This document shows, one piece after another, positions 12,934 to 24,651 of a DNA stretch of 64,000 nucleotides (within the stretch, counting starts at the first letter, position 1; each line of letters begins with the position of its first letter). Position numbers and translations under genes: made by a program. Source of the stretch: Pecten maximus (lineage: Eukaryota). The stretch is from positions 24,304,001-24,368,000 of the forward strand of contig NC_047028.1 of NCBI RefSeq assembly GCF_902652985.1, read 5' to 3'. The notes below the pieces were generated by a model. That model was not told the DNA's origin and searched no databases. It saw only the letters and a list, made by a program, of their open reading frames with translations.

Positions 12934-12963
12934 CAGAGACCTATATTAGTATATAGGTCTCTG
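12934..12963. mobile_element. 30-bp palindromic micro-MITE with 7-bp TSD
   Basis: CAGAGACCTATAT-TAGT-ATATAGGTCTCTG flanked by TTTGACT at 12927-12933 and 12964-12970. Confidence 0.75.
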
Positions 12964-13446
12964 TTTGACTTAATACCTGCATCTGCCCCTATTTTATTAA
13001 AACATATATAAAGTTTCCAATTACCTCACCGATCTGCAAATATATTCTTCTGTCTTTTATTAACCAAAGACTAGATTGTTTTTGCTTCATAACAGTATAT
13101 ATGTAAATGAAAAAAAGTTGTTATTTTTCAACCCAAGTTTCACACACAAATTTTTCCCTGTACATGGTTTTTGTAAGTTCACAATATGCATATAATTATT
13201 AGGTTGAATATACATGTGTATCATAATTAAAATCAAGAGTCTACTGTCTTTAACGGATATAAGGAACCAATAATTTATGCAATCAGAGTCTTCTCTTAGA
13301 CTAACCTGGTATACTTTTATGATTTTATTTCAGTCCGAAAAGAATCATTTGCTGCACATCACAACCATGTAACCAACCCTTGTACAAAGTTTGTATGTCA
13401 TATAAAGGGGGATAATTCTGTTGACTTTTGAGCACGGAAACCAATT

Positions 13447-13524
13447 ATGACAATGGGAGACAGCAACAAAGCCCTGTATGCTAAAATGATAGTAGATGTG
13501 GTCATTGGGCCTGTGTTGGAGAGG
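13447..13524 (+). CDS. PDCD10: programmed cell death protein 10, coding exon 1 (MTMGDSNK...PVLER)
   Basis: MTM start as in PDCD10; donor AGG/GTAGGT, phase 0. Confidence 0.88.
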
Positions 13525-14219
13525 GTAGGTATACCATTATTTTTGTATAATCTCATATTTCTGACAGACTTTCATAATCAGTATAATTACATTAAGTTTC
13601 AAAATTTTCCCCAAATCTTTTTTTACATGCATGTTTGAGGTGACTTGAAACAGTGTATCTAGTAGACCATTCATAGTATGTTTTTGACTCCCCAAAATGA
13701 TAACTGACTCTTGGTTTTGAAGGGACTTGTCTATTTGATGCATGTCTTGACCCTTCAGATTTATGAGAAATAGTAATTTCACGTCTGAAATTGTTAAATT
13801 TAAGGTCTGACAACTGGAATCCCTGATTACATATCACATTTTTCTGAATGCATATAAAGGAGATTTGTTATAAGTGTTTAAATATCTTCTTAATAGCATA
13901 AATAAGCTTCAAATTAATTCAGTTAATTATAAACTGGTTCTAATGTATTAAACTCACTAAAACTTCCTATTGATTAGGGCATGGTTAGATAAAAAGCTAA
14001 GAACAGTACGTAGTGGACTTTGGTTTAGTAGAACACATTTGGTCAGAATACTTACTTTATTGATAGCAGTAGCTGGAAGCTCAGCTTTGAGAACTTGAAG
14101 TGTATCAAAAGAAATGTAAATTTGAACTATATAATAGCATTTATATATAAATATAGATAAAGAATCATTTCTCAGTAAACTTTCTGAATCAGTACAAACT
14201 TGTGTTTTTGTTCTTTCAG

Positions 14220-14273
14220 CTTGAGAAGAAAGATATATCAGTTGCTCAGACATTAAGAGCTGCTTTTGCAAAG
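14220..14273 (+). CDS. PDCD10: PDCD10 coding exon 2 (LEKKDISVAQTLRAAFAK)
   Basis: Matches human LERVNLSAAQTLRAAFIK; TTTCAG acceptor, GTGAGT donor. Confidence 0.95.
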
Positions 14274-14675
14274 GTGAGTCTGACATACATGTACCTGGTA
14301 ACCAGTTAGTCCTTACCGGGCAAATACCTGTACATTACATATCTGGTATATAATACCTATGGCTGTACAAACTTACTAAATTGTTTTTTGTCTTCATTGT
14401 ATTTAATTTTAAGCCAATCTCGAGCTCTTTAATGTTGGAAGTCAGAGGGTTTTGACCAAAAATATATTCATTATATAATACTGAAACATAATTATATATA
14501 AGTTAGCTTTGGGAACTAAAGTAATTTTACATCTTTTCGAATCCTATTTCAACATGACAAAATTATATCTGTATGTATATATAAGGTGAATACATTTCAC
14601 GATTTTGATGTACACTTCATGTTCTGAAGAATGTTTTTCTGCTGCTTTGACATGTATTATTACTGTGTATTCCAG

Positions 14676-14802
14676 TGTGACAATGCCCTGCCAGGGTTTA
14701 CATACGACTACATGCGAGGGATGCTACGGAAGGGTGATATCCACGACAGATTTGACATGTGTGCCACCCTCCTTTACCTGGGAGGCTCACAAGATTCTGA
14801 GG
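14676..14802 (+). CDS. PDCD10: PDCD10 coding exon 3 (CDNALPGFTYD...GSQDSE)
   Basis: Aligns with AEKENPGLTQD...SLLRMA; TTCCAG acceptor, GTAAGA donor, phase 0 to 1. Confidence 0.88.
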
Positions 14803-15640
14803 GTAAGAATCACACAAATAATAAGTACAGATATAACTTGGCTGTGATGGGATATGTTTGTCACGGGCTTCACAGAATGTAAAAATAACACATGTTTTGG
14901 TCAGTCATCTTTATAAAAAAAAATTCATATTCATGTACTTTAAAGTAACCATTTTGTTTATCAGTTTTAGGAAGCAAATCGATGAGAAAAATACCTTCAG
15001 ACATGTCTGTTTTAAGTGTATATCTGCTCTTGTTTAAAAAATTTTTTAATAACTTTAGAATAAGTTATACATAGACATAAAAAAAATCATGATTTTGTAG
15101 TTTCTCCAAATTAAGTAGATTTCAATAATTTGATTTAGCACTATTCATTTAAATTTCACATAGATAACAAGGAAGAGCATTTGGTGAAAGACATCTAATC
15201 TTACACTGAATTACATTTCATTATTTCAGCCATAGTTGGTAATATTCACTTCATTTTGCAACCATTTATAGCATAAAAATAAATGGCTAGGTAAATATTT
15301 ACATCCTGTAACTGTTTATTGAAGAATGTCTACAAGTTGGTGTTTTGAGAAATTTAATACAGTGTACTTGCAAACTAACTGATACTCCCACTGAGACAAA
15401 AGCAAAGTATTAGCACTGCGAATTAAACAACTTTCCAGTATTTTAACTCCCATAGCAAAGCTTACATTCCATTTTCTTTTAAACCTGGTAGGATTTATCA
15501 AAAATAATAAATTTCTCCTTCAAAACATGCATTTTAGCATGCTCCTAATTTTTTTTTTCTGGGAGATCACAAATATGTAGAGAGTTGGGACTGTATGAAA
15601 TAGGTGTTAGGCTTTGCATGCTATATATTTGTCATTACAG

Positions 15641-15767
15641 AATTAAAGATTAGCCGCCCAGAGCCAACATTCCAGGAGCTCAGTAGATGTGCCACTGCCC
15701 TGAAGAAGATCCTCAGTCGCATTCCAGAGCAAATCTACAACAGGAAGCAGTTCCTAGAGACCATTAA
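15641..15767 (+). CDS. PDCD10: PDCD10 coding exon 4 (ELKISRPEPTFQEL...FLETIK)
   Basis: Matches IERPEPEFQDL...ALKQILSKIP...FLQTIK; canonical splice sites. Confidence 0.95.
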
Positions 15768-15864
15768 GTATGTGACCCCTGTATAAATTATACAGTGAAA
15801 CCTGACTTTACCGACCAACGACTTAAACAAAAACATCTGGTCATATCCATCAAAATGGTGACAT

Positions 15865-18246
15865 ACTACACTGTCATTGGCGACACTGTCATTGGTGGCA
15901 CTGTCTTGACTGAAACATTGTCATATCTGACACTGTCTTGACTGACGCACTGTCATATCTGACACTGACTTAACCGACACATTGTCATATCTGACACTGA
16001 CTTGACCGACACATTGTCATATCTGACACTGTCTTGACTGACGCACTGTCATATCTGACACTATCTTGACCGACACACTGTCATAAATGACACTGTCTTT
16101 ACAGACACACTGTCATATCTGACATTGTCTTGACAGACACACTGTCATATCTGACACTTGTCTTGACAGACACACTGTCTTGACAGACACACTGTCATAT
16201 CTGACATTGTCTTGACCGACACACTGTCATATTTGACATTGTCTTGACCGACACACTGTCATATCTGACACTGTCTTGACCGACACACTGTCATATCTGA
16301 TACTGTCTTGACCGACACACTGTCATATCTGACACTGTCTTGACTGACACACTGTCATATCTGACACTATCTTGACCGACACACTGTCATAAATGACACT
16401 GTCTTTACAGACACACTGTCATATCTGACATTATCTTGACCAACACACTGTCATAAATGACACTGTCTTTACAGACACACTGTCATATCTGACATTGTCT
16501 TGACAGACACACTGTCATATCTGACACTGTCTTGACCGACACACTGTCATATCTGACACTGACTTGACCGACACACTGTCATATCTGACACTGTCTTGCC
16601 CGGCAGTCATATCTGATACTGTCTTGACTGACACACTGTCATATCTGACACTATCTTGACTGACACACTGTCATATCTGACACTATCTTGACCGACACAC
16701 TGTCATATCTGACACTGTCTTGACCGACACACTGTCTTCTATGACACTGTCTTGACTGAAACATTGTCATATCTGACACTGTCTTGACTGACGCACTGTC
16801 ATATCTGACACTATCTTGACCGACACACTGTCATAAATGACACTGTCTTTACAGACACACTGTCATATCTGACATTGTCTTGACAGACACACTGTCATAT
16901 CTGACATTATCTTGACCAACACACTGTCATAAATGACACTGTCTTTACAGACACACTGTCATATCTGACATTGTCTTGACAGACACACTGTCATATCTGA
17001 CACTGTCTTGACCGACACACTGTCATATCTGACATTGTCTTGACCGACACACTGTCATATCTGACACTATCTTGACCAACACACTGTCATATCTGACACT
17101 GTCTTGACCCACACACTGTCATATGACACTGTCTTGACTGACACACTGTCATATCTGACACTATCTTAACTGACACACTGTCATATCTGACACTGACTTA
17201 ACTGACACTAGTGTTGGGTAATCAGTTGAACACGGCAACCGATGATCGGTTGTAATTGGATGATCTCGGTAACCGATTATACGATTATAATTGGTTGTTA
17301 TTGATAAGTCTGTTTGAAATTTAAAATGCAAACAAAATTGAGCCAGAGAAGGCAACTGGCACTTTCTTATTCATTTGCTATTTATATCTATGGGTCAAAG
17401 AATGTATAATGCCATTAAAACATCCTATTGAAATTAAAAATTATCAAACTAGTGTTTATAAAACTTGACAAGTTTATTATGACAAGAAAATACACACATG
17501 ATTGCAGCTTGTAAGTTAACACTTCTTATCATTTAATGTTTTGTTTTGTTTTGATGTAACATACTGCATGTATATACATTTAAATAAATATATGTTTCAG
17601 TAATATCATGGTTCACTGGGCTATGAGTATCAACTAGACAACTACATTGCCTCAATGATTTTTCAATACTGAAGGGCTTAAGATTAGAGCCAAAGATGCC
17701 ATACTCATGTGAATAAAGAATATTGAATTTTAACTGAATAGTGTCTTAAGAAATATAATTAGTTAACAATTACAATAAAAATTCTGATGGCATATATGTA
17801 TATAAACATAGGGACCTGATTAATCGATTATACAAAACATGATCGATGATCGTAATCGGTTGACGATTATCAACCGTTAATCGATCATTCACGATCATCA
17901 ACACATCACTAACTGACACACTGTCATATCTGACACTATCTTGACCGACACACTGTCATATCTGACACTCTCTTGACCGACACACTGTCATATCTGACAC
18001 TGTCTTGACTGACACACTGTCATATCTGACACTGACTTGACCGACACACTGTCATATCTGACACTGTCTTGACCGACACACTGTCATATCTGACACTGTC
18101 TTGACCGACACACTGTCATATCTGACACTGTCTTGACTGACACACTGTCATATCTGACACTATCTTGACCGACACACTGTCATATCTGACACTGTCTTGA
18201 CCGACACACTGTCATATATGACACTGTCTTGACCGACACATTGACA
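15865..18246. repeat. 32-bp minisatellite ACTGTCATATCTGACACTGTCTTGACCGACAC, about 50 units, split by an insertion
   Basis: Direct tandem periodicity; unit is a dimer of 15 and 17 bp subrepeats. Confidence 0.95.
17209..17911. mobile_element. hAT-like MITE nested in the satellite
   Basis: Ends TAGTGTTG...CATCACTA, 8-bp TSD ACTGACAC (17201-17208, 17912-17919), subterminal CGAT-rich repeats. Confidence 0.8.
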
Positions 18247-19028
18247 CAGTCCCATATAGTATTGGTCAAGCCAGGGACACTGTATTTCTCTAAAAGTACA
18301 ATATACAAATATACATTTTCCTGCTCTTTGTTTTATCATACAATGGTCCAGGGTTACCAGTATACCTGAATATGGCTGTAGATCACAAAAGTTAAAAAAA
18401 AAATCTGCTGGATATGGTGTTTCCTCCTTGTTGTCAATATTTTGTCTTTGAAAAATATTTTCTAGTCTGTTTATATCCAAGAAGTATCTCTGTTACACTT
18501 GTCAGGGAAAATATAACAACCGATGATTGGTTCATACCTGTAATTACATGCAGTTTTAAGGTTAAATGCATTGTAGGTACTTTTGTTTTAAAAATGTGAG
18601 CTTTATAAGTATAATTTCATGAGCATTATATTGATTGTAGATTTACTCTGTGAAACAATTTTATATACAACAATGTATAAAATTACCATGGAACCAATTT
18701 GTTACAAGCATACCCAGTGTTTTAACTTTGAATATTTTGTTTTTGTTTAGTATAAGTTATTTTCATTCTATTTCAATTAATTCTAATTATCTTGTCCTCC
18801 AAGTTTTTATTCAGACTTTAAAAAAAATATTTTGCCATATTTACTTAGTGACAATAAAAAATCACATGATATGCTTTTCGGGAAAAGCTAACAAAAAAGT
18901 ATTCAAATGATACATGACATTTAGAATTGGAACTTACAAATGACCTCTATATCATAAACTTTTCCATAGGAAACATAATTTTATAGTAACACATACCTGG
19001 TAATTTTCTTATTCTCTCTTTCCTGCAG

Positions 19029-19116
19029 GGAAATAGCCAGTGCTATTAAACGTCTACTGGATGCTGTGAACCGAGTGATAGCAGAAGTTCCCTCCACTGA
19101 TAATGGGAGCAAGCAG
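19029..19116 (+). CDS. PDCD10: PDCD10 coding exon 5 (EIASAIKRLLDAVNRV...SKQ)
   Basis: Matches DIASAIKELLDTVNNV; polypyrimidine CTGCAG acceptor, GTAACT donor. Confidence 0.95.
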
Positions 19117-19630
19117 GTAACTGTTCTAGGCCACACAGGGTCAGGAAACTGTCTTATTTATAAAAACAACAGATAATACCAACATAAAAACGAGACCGAA
19201 ATTACTCAAAATTGATTATCATGTGCAAAATTTCACAAAAATTTGCATGGAGACCCTTGTAAAAGTACAAAAGAGAAGCTCAAACTTTTGGAGAATGGTT
19301 ATAGTGTAAATTATATGTGGTATTATATAAAAATACATAAGAGCTATTTATTTTCATTTTATCGTAATTACTTTTATCAGAGATCTAGCTCCTTTAAGTT
19401 TCGTTCCAGATAAAATACCTTTTTTGATTTTATTTAAATCAATTCTTTTAAGGGACTGTGAAAAATTTCTTCAAAATGTAAAAGATTCCTTTTTCTGCAG
19501 TGAAGCGAAGAGCTATGTATCTTATTCATCATAAGTACTAGCAGTAGATATTTACCTGTTAGGACTTATTCAAGTTTGTCTTTTCTTCTTCTCTTCATGT
19601 TTTTACCAATCCAATATTTTTAACTTTCAG

Positions 19631-19716
19631 ATTTTGGAAGAGAGAAAGAAAGAGTTTGTAAGATATTCCAAGAGGTTCAGCAACACATTAAAAGATTTCT
19701 TCAGGGATAATAACCA
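19631..19716 (+). CDS. PDCD10: PDCD10 coding exon 6 (ILEERKKEFVRYSKRFSNTLKDFFRDNN)
   Basis: Matches [32 protein letters not shown] donor, phase 2. Confidence 0.95.
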
Positions 19717-20959
19717 GTAAGTAGGGATGATATATGATAAACCGAACGCCAATATTATAATCGGAGGATATTAATTACTGCCTGAAAATTTCTTCCAGTC
19801 TGCGTGTGAGTGCCTTCCAAAATATAGTTTTGATATGAGTCTTGTTTTTAAAATTTTGACAGTTTTAAACATGATACTTTTAATGTTGTCAACTAATATT
19901 TTTATAAAAAAGCATGATAATTTCTTAACCTAAAATTTAACTCTTATTTTGCTGAAATAGGGTCGGAGTGGTTTTCAAGATTTACTTTAGGTTAAATCAT
20001 CATATTTTCTGACTTTCATCAAGTGATTGATGAATTTGTAATATCATTAGAAAGACAAGACCAGTTCACTGAAACTATCCTATCTGTAACAACAATCTGT
20101 TATACCTAGCCACCTGTTAAATTCCTTAGGAATATTTAATGAGATTTAGCTTATGAAATGTAATAAAATACATCCTGATTTTGAGAGGTGCTGAGCAAAG
20201 GAAGGGAGATAACTCTTGTAATTTCTGCAACTTGGAAATTTAAATTGTGATAAGTTGGAAGTGATACTATACAAAATAGCTCCGATAACATAACTCTGGA
20301 TGACTGATCGACGATTTCTGACAGATGATTGTAGTAGTGTAGACGGTATGAATATTCCTCCTATATGCAATCGTGATGACAGAGAATTTCCCTTCTCTTG
20401 ACCTAGAGGGAGAATTCGTGTATCCCAGGTACAGGGGGTAAGAGAAAGGAGTGTCCACACACTATCATGACATCACAAACAGATGGCAGCATTGTCATTT
20501 CATGTTTAAATAAAAAACACAGTCACTGTCAAATTCAGGGCTATTTTTGAACAGGTCTTGCATAATTCTTTAAATTTTAATCTAAATTTAATCTTAATAT
20601 TTTGCTGTACTGTATTTCTGCTCTTTCCAAATAATTTTATATATGTGTATGCTATTCAGAACTTTTACTTCCAAGTATTTAGTGTTGCTTTTAAATAGTT
20701 GATCTCATATGCTACCAAATGTTTAAGTAAGAGATGAGTGAAAAAAGTGTTTATCAAGCCTTTCCTCTGACCCAATCTCTACTCTCTAGGGTATAATTTC
20801 TGTATATTGTGTTATATTTCACTTTTCAACAGTTTCAGACTGTGTATAAGACCATAACTTCACTTCTCCATTTTTTTGAAAAGGAAGAACTTGATATAGT
20901 GGTTTGATACATCATGATATTTATCAATTATTGACCTTTGATGAGGTCAATATTATGTT

Positions 20960-21030
20960 ATATTAACCTGGTAGAAAAATATTAACCAAAGACAAAGCCA
21001 GAGGTCAATATTGGTCTACCAGGTTGATAT
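20960..21030. repeat. degenerate inverted repeat (remnant of a hairpin-ended DNA element)
   Basis: ATATTAACCTGGTAGA...AATATTAACC pairs with GGTCAATATT..TCTACCAGGTTGATAT. Confidence 0.5.
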
Positions 21031-22224
21031 TTCAACACACTTTAACATACAACACAGTCTATTTAATTAAGAATTAAGACTCTGATGATTAATTTTTAAC
21101 ACCAAGAAAGTTATCTTAGTTACCAAAGAGGGAAAAAAAGTTTGAACAAAATTGATTTGGATATTATTAATGCCTATGTGTATTAAAGAAGACATGATGC
21201 TTAGTAGAATCCACTGCACAAATAATTTCTTTATGCTTCTGGTACCGCTCGTACTGTATACCCACCTGTACAAATGATACTCAGCTCTGTTGTATTTCAA
21301 TTTTCATAAGTCCATGTCATGAAAATATACTGTATAGGTAAAATACTCTAACATATTGAATTGAAATGAAAATATTCAATATTGATTGTATAAGTGAACT
21401 TCTTCCAGGTCATACTTTCCTGACGAACAATTAGTAAAGGTGTCATATACAGGTTTTACTATGTATGTATCGGAGAGAACCTTCGTGATGTAAGTGAATA
21501 AGATATTTACTGGGCATTAACAGACTGCTGGTGGAAAGGCTCTTCTGACAGGAATCCTCGCTTGTGTTATATCTTAACTTCTACTGGAGTTATATTGTAA
21601 TTGGAATTGGTTTCATTGTGAACAGGTTTTTTTTTTTTTTTTTTTGTACTTATTTTTTTTTATTACTGGTATATAGCATGTTTGTTATAAACACTTCTTT
21701 TTTTCTTTTAAAGATTTTTTTTTCGCTTTTATTGATTTCCTACTGAATTTTAGGGAGATCTATTTTTAATTTTTTTTTAATGTTTCATGGGGAAAATAGG
21801 AATTTTCAGATATTTTAAAATATAATTTTTGGGGAATAAATGGATATTCACCACATTTCATGGTAAATTCTTGCAGTTATTATTATCAGTTAAAAAAAAA
21901 AATTCTCCTTGCATGCTGATCTCTTATTGAAACCTGATTATATATCGTATGTAATATTGAAACTGTCCAGTATTTGCATGCTAAGCTATCTACATTGAAT
22001 CTATATACATGTAATGTGGATATTTTATAAGCTGGACTGCTGTAACAATTCTGATCGGTTACTGAGTTTTACAAGCTCAGATCTACAATAAGGACCCAAT
22101 ATAATAAACAGCCCAATTTCACAAAACATCTTGGCTACAGTATTTTTTCTGAAATCTCAGTTTTGATAACACATCCAGAAAATGCACCTTTTCAAACCTA
22201 GATTAATAGGATATTTCTTTACTC

Positions 22225-22570
22225 ATGCTCAACAGCAAATTTTCCCTCCTAATTTCAACCCCAAATTTCCCTCTCAACTTCAACAGCAAATTTTCCCTCC
22301 TAATTTCAACCCCAAATTTCACTCCCAACTTCAACCCCAAATTTCCCTCTCAACTTCAACAGCAAATTTCACTCCCAATTTCAACTGAAATTTCTCTCCC
22401 AGCCCCAATAGCAAACATCCCTCACAACTTCAACGGCAAACATCCCTCACAACTTCAACAGAAAATGTCCCTCCCAACTTCAACGACAAATTTTCCCTCC
22501 TAACTTCAATGACAATTTCCATCAAAACTTCATCAGCAAACATACCTCTCAACTTCAACATGATTCCCCT
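22225..22570. repeat. diverged ~24-bp minisatellite (CAACTTCAACAGCAAATTTCCCTC-like)
   Basis: Tandem periodicity; source of ORFs 22182..22388 and 22225..22503. Confidence 0.85.
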
Positions 22571-24566
22571 CATAGCTTCTACAACAAAATTCATCAGAAA
22601 ATATCCCCTTAAGCTAACACTTAAACTTCTTACATGAACAGAATTTGAACTATAGCTATATTCCTGTATGTCAAACATGTAAAAAATACTAGAATATCCT
22701 TAGTTACTAGTAATTACCGTGAACACCTATGTATCTACCATACTGGCAATAGGCCCCCATCCCTAGTAGGAAAGAAGGGGATTTTGAAGGGAGGGGAAAC
22801 ATGTACATGTATTGTTTTAAATAATAAAGAAGTTTGGCTTACGTATGTCTTACTCCAGAACTTTAAAAAGATGTTTCAGTAGTTGTTTTGTGAGACTGGG
22901 TTCAGTTCTACTAAATTGAATGTGAAAAGCTTTGAATTATATATATCTTTATTCAGCTATACAAAGACCATTGCATGCTATATTTGATATATCATTGTAG
23001 TTAGTTTGTCAGGTAATCATTCAGTATTACTACAGAAAATATTATGCATGAATCAGACGGTAAAGAAACTCTATGAAATTACATGAAGTAACTCAAGAAT
23101 ACTGCATTGAATGAGTTGTCCACAAACGAAAATGGAAAAAAAGGAATTATATACTGCATAACAGATATAAATGCATTAAAACAAAATTGCATAGAAAAAG
23201 TTTTAGATGGAATTACATATTTATTTCCAGCAGAACTTTGCACATATTTTTCAAGCTTTGAGCAGAAAAAAGTTTTTTTGAAGGTAAATTTGAAAATACA
23301 CTAAAACAGATACCCCGGTAAGTTTATTCCTACAAATACATATATACCGGGGTATTTGATTATTTGATGTTGCAGAATTTCTTCATTTTGAGTTAGTTTA
23401 TTGCATTAGTCTGTGAAAAACACTGTTAATGAGATGTTTTATTTTAGTGAGGATAACATTTTGCTTAAACAATATAAATAATAGGGATTTGATTTCATGG
23501 ATTCAGCTGAGCTCAGCTTTATTAACGAAAACAATGCCAGCAAATTTTGGAATAGACGTCACATTGGCATTTCAAACAGAGGATGTTCAATACATAACTG
23601 TATATCATCATAGCTCTTACCTTAATGGTGGAGATTTATGTACTGTGTAAGTTTAAAGAAACAGTGATTGGATATTCATCAAAAACCAACCATTATCGTA
23701 TATACAATGTACAATGAACTCCCAAAATTCTGACTGGTCACCTGTTAATAGGGAGTACTTGACAGAGTACTGCAGTCTAAAGTTTATGAAGTTTTATCTG
23801 ACTTATGTAGGTAAGGATAGTTTAAAAAAGCCTGCATTTAGCTTAGGGAAAGATAAAGTTATCCACACATATTTATGCACTTTGAACATATTCTGTGACG
23901 ATGTCCAAATAGCATGAATTTTCCTTCAGTTGGTTGTCAAGCATTGAAATTATCATTTAATGAAGTCAAGTTATCAATTCTTGATATAACACATTATATT
24001 TTACTTGAACTTGTCAAAATGGCAGCTCCCAAGGAGTTGAGAAAGACTAGTTTGCGAAAGGCCCAATAACCACGGATACTAATTTGTGAACTGCTTTGAG
24101 ATGGCTATGTTGCTGTGATAAAGTGGTATATAAACTCGAATTTTTATCATTATCATTATAAAAACAGATTCAACCCTCTAGCAGTGTTGAATTGTTAAAC
24201 TGACAAGGTTTTACATACCTTATATCTTCCATCCATGTCAAGTTTGACATTATCTTAGTAGACCTATTACATTGTGGATAAAAAGTATCTGTGATCAACT
24301 CAATAAAGATGCCTAAATTACCCACAAAATTATTTTACTTTAGTGAATGTGCTGTATACTGGAGTAGTTTTCTTTTAAAAATACAGAAGGCTTATTTGCA
24401 GGTTGACACTAGGAGTCAGAAATTGACATTTGAGCAAGAAGAATTATTTTGCTGGGTTCTCTCAAATTCCGCATACAATGTATATGAATAATTTTTTAGA
24501 ATTAGTTCCTGATTGATTAAAATGTCGGAGTAAAAGATTTATATTAAACATTTTTTTTCTCCACAG

Positions 24567-24651
24567 AAATCAAAGTGTCTTCATCAGTGCCAACTACCTG
24601 ATTTACCAGACCAACGTCATCCTCAGATGTGTCAAACATGAATGCTGTTGA
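24567..24651 (+). CDS. PDCD10: PDCD10 last coding exon (NQSVFISANYLIYQTNVILRCVKHECC*)
   Basis: Matches INVFVSANRLIHQTNLILQ; TTTTCTCCACAG acceptor; TGA at 24649-24651. Confidence 0.95.

Larger units (their letters stand above)
15793..18282. mobile_element. Tc1/mariner (pogo/Tigger-like) MITE carrying an expanded 32-bp satellite
   Basis: TA-flanked imperfect TIRs CAGTGAAACCTGACTTTACC and GGTCAAGCCAGGGACACTG enclose the array. Confidence 0.65.
13447..24651 (+). other. PDCD10: PDCD10 (CCM3) gene span, 7 coding exons, 214 aa
   Basis: join(13447..13524,14220..14273,14676..14802,15641..15767,19029..19116,19631..19716,24567..24651) = 645 nt, open, all GT-AG. Intron phases 0,0,1,2,0,2 match human PDCD10. 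Confidence 0.93.

Noticed and set aside
15865-18246. 32-bp array as CRISPR
   Set aside because: Contiguous tandem units with no unique spacers.
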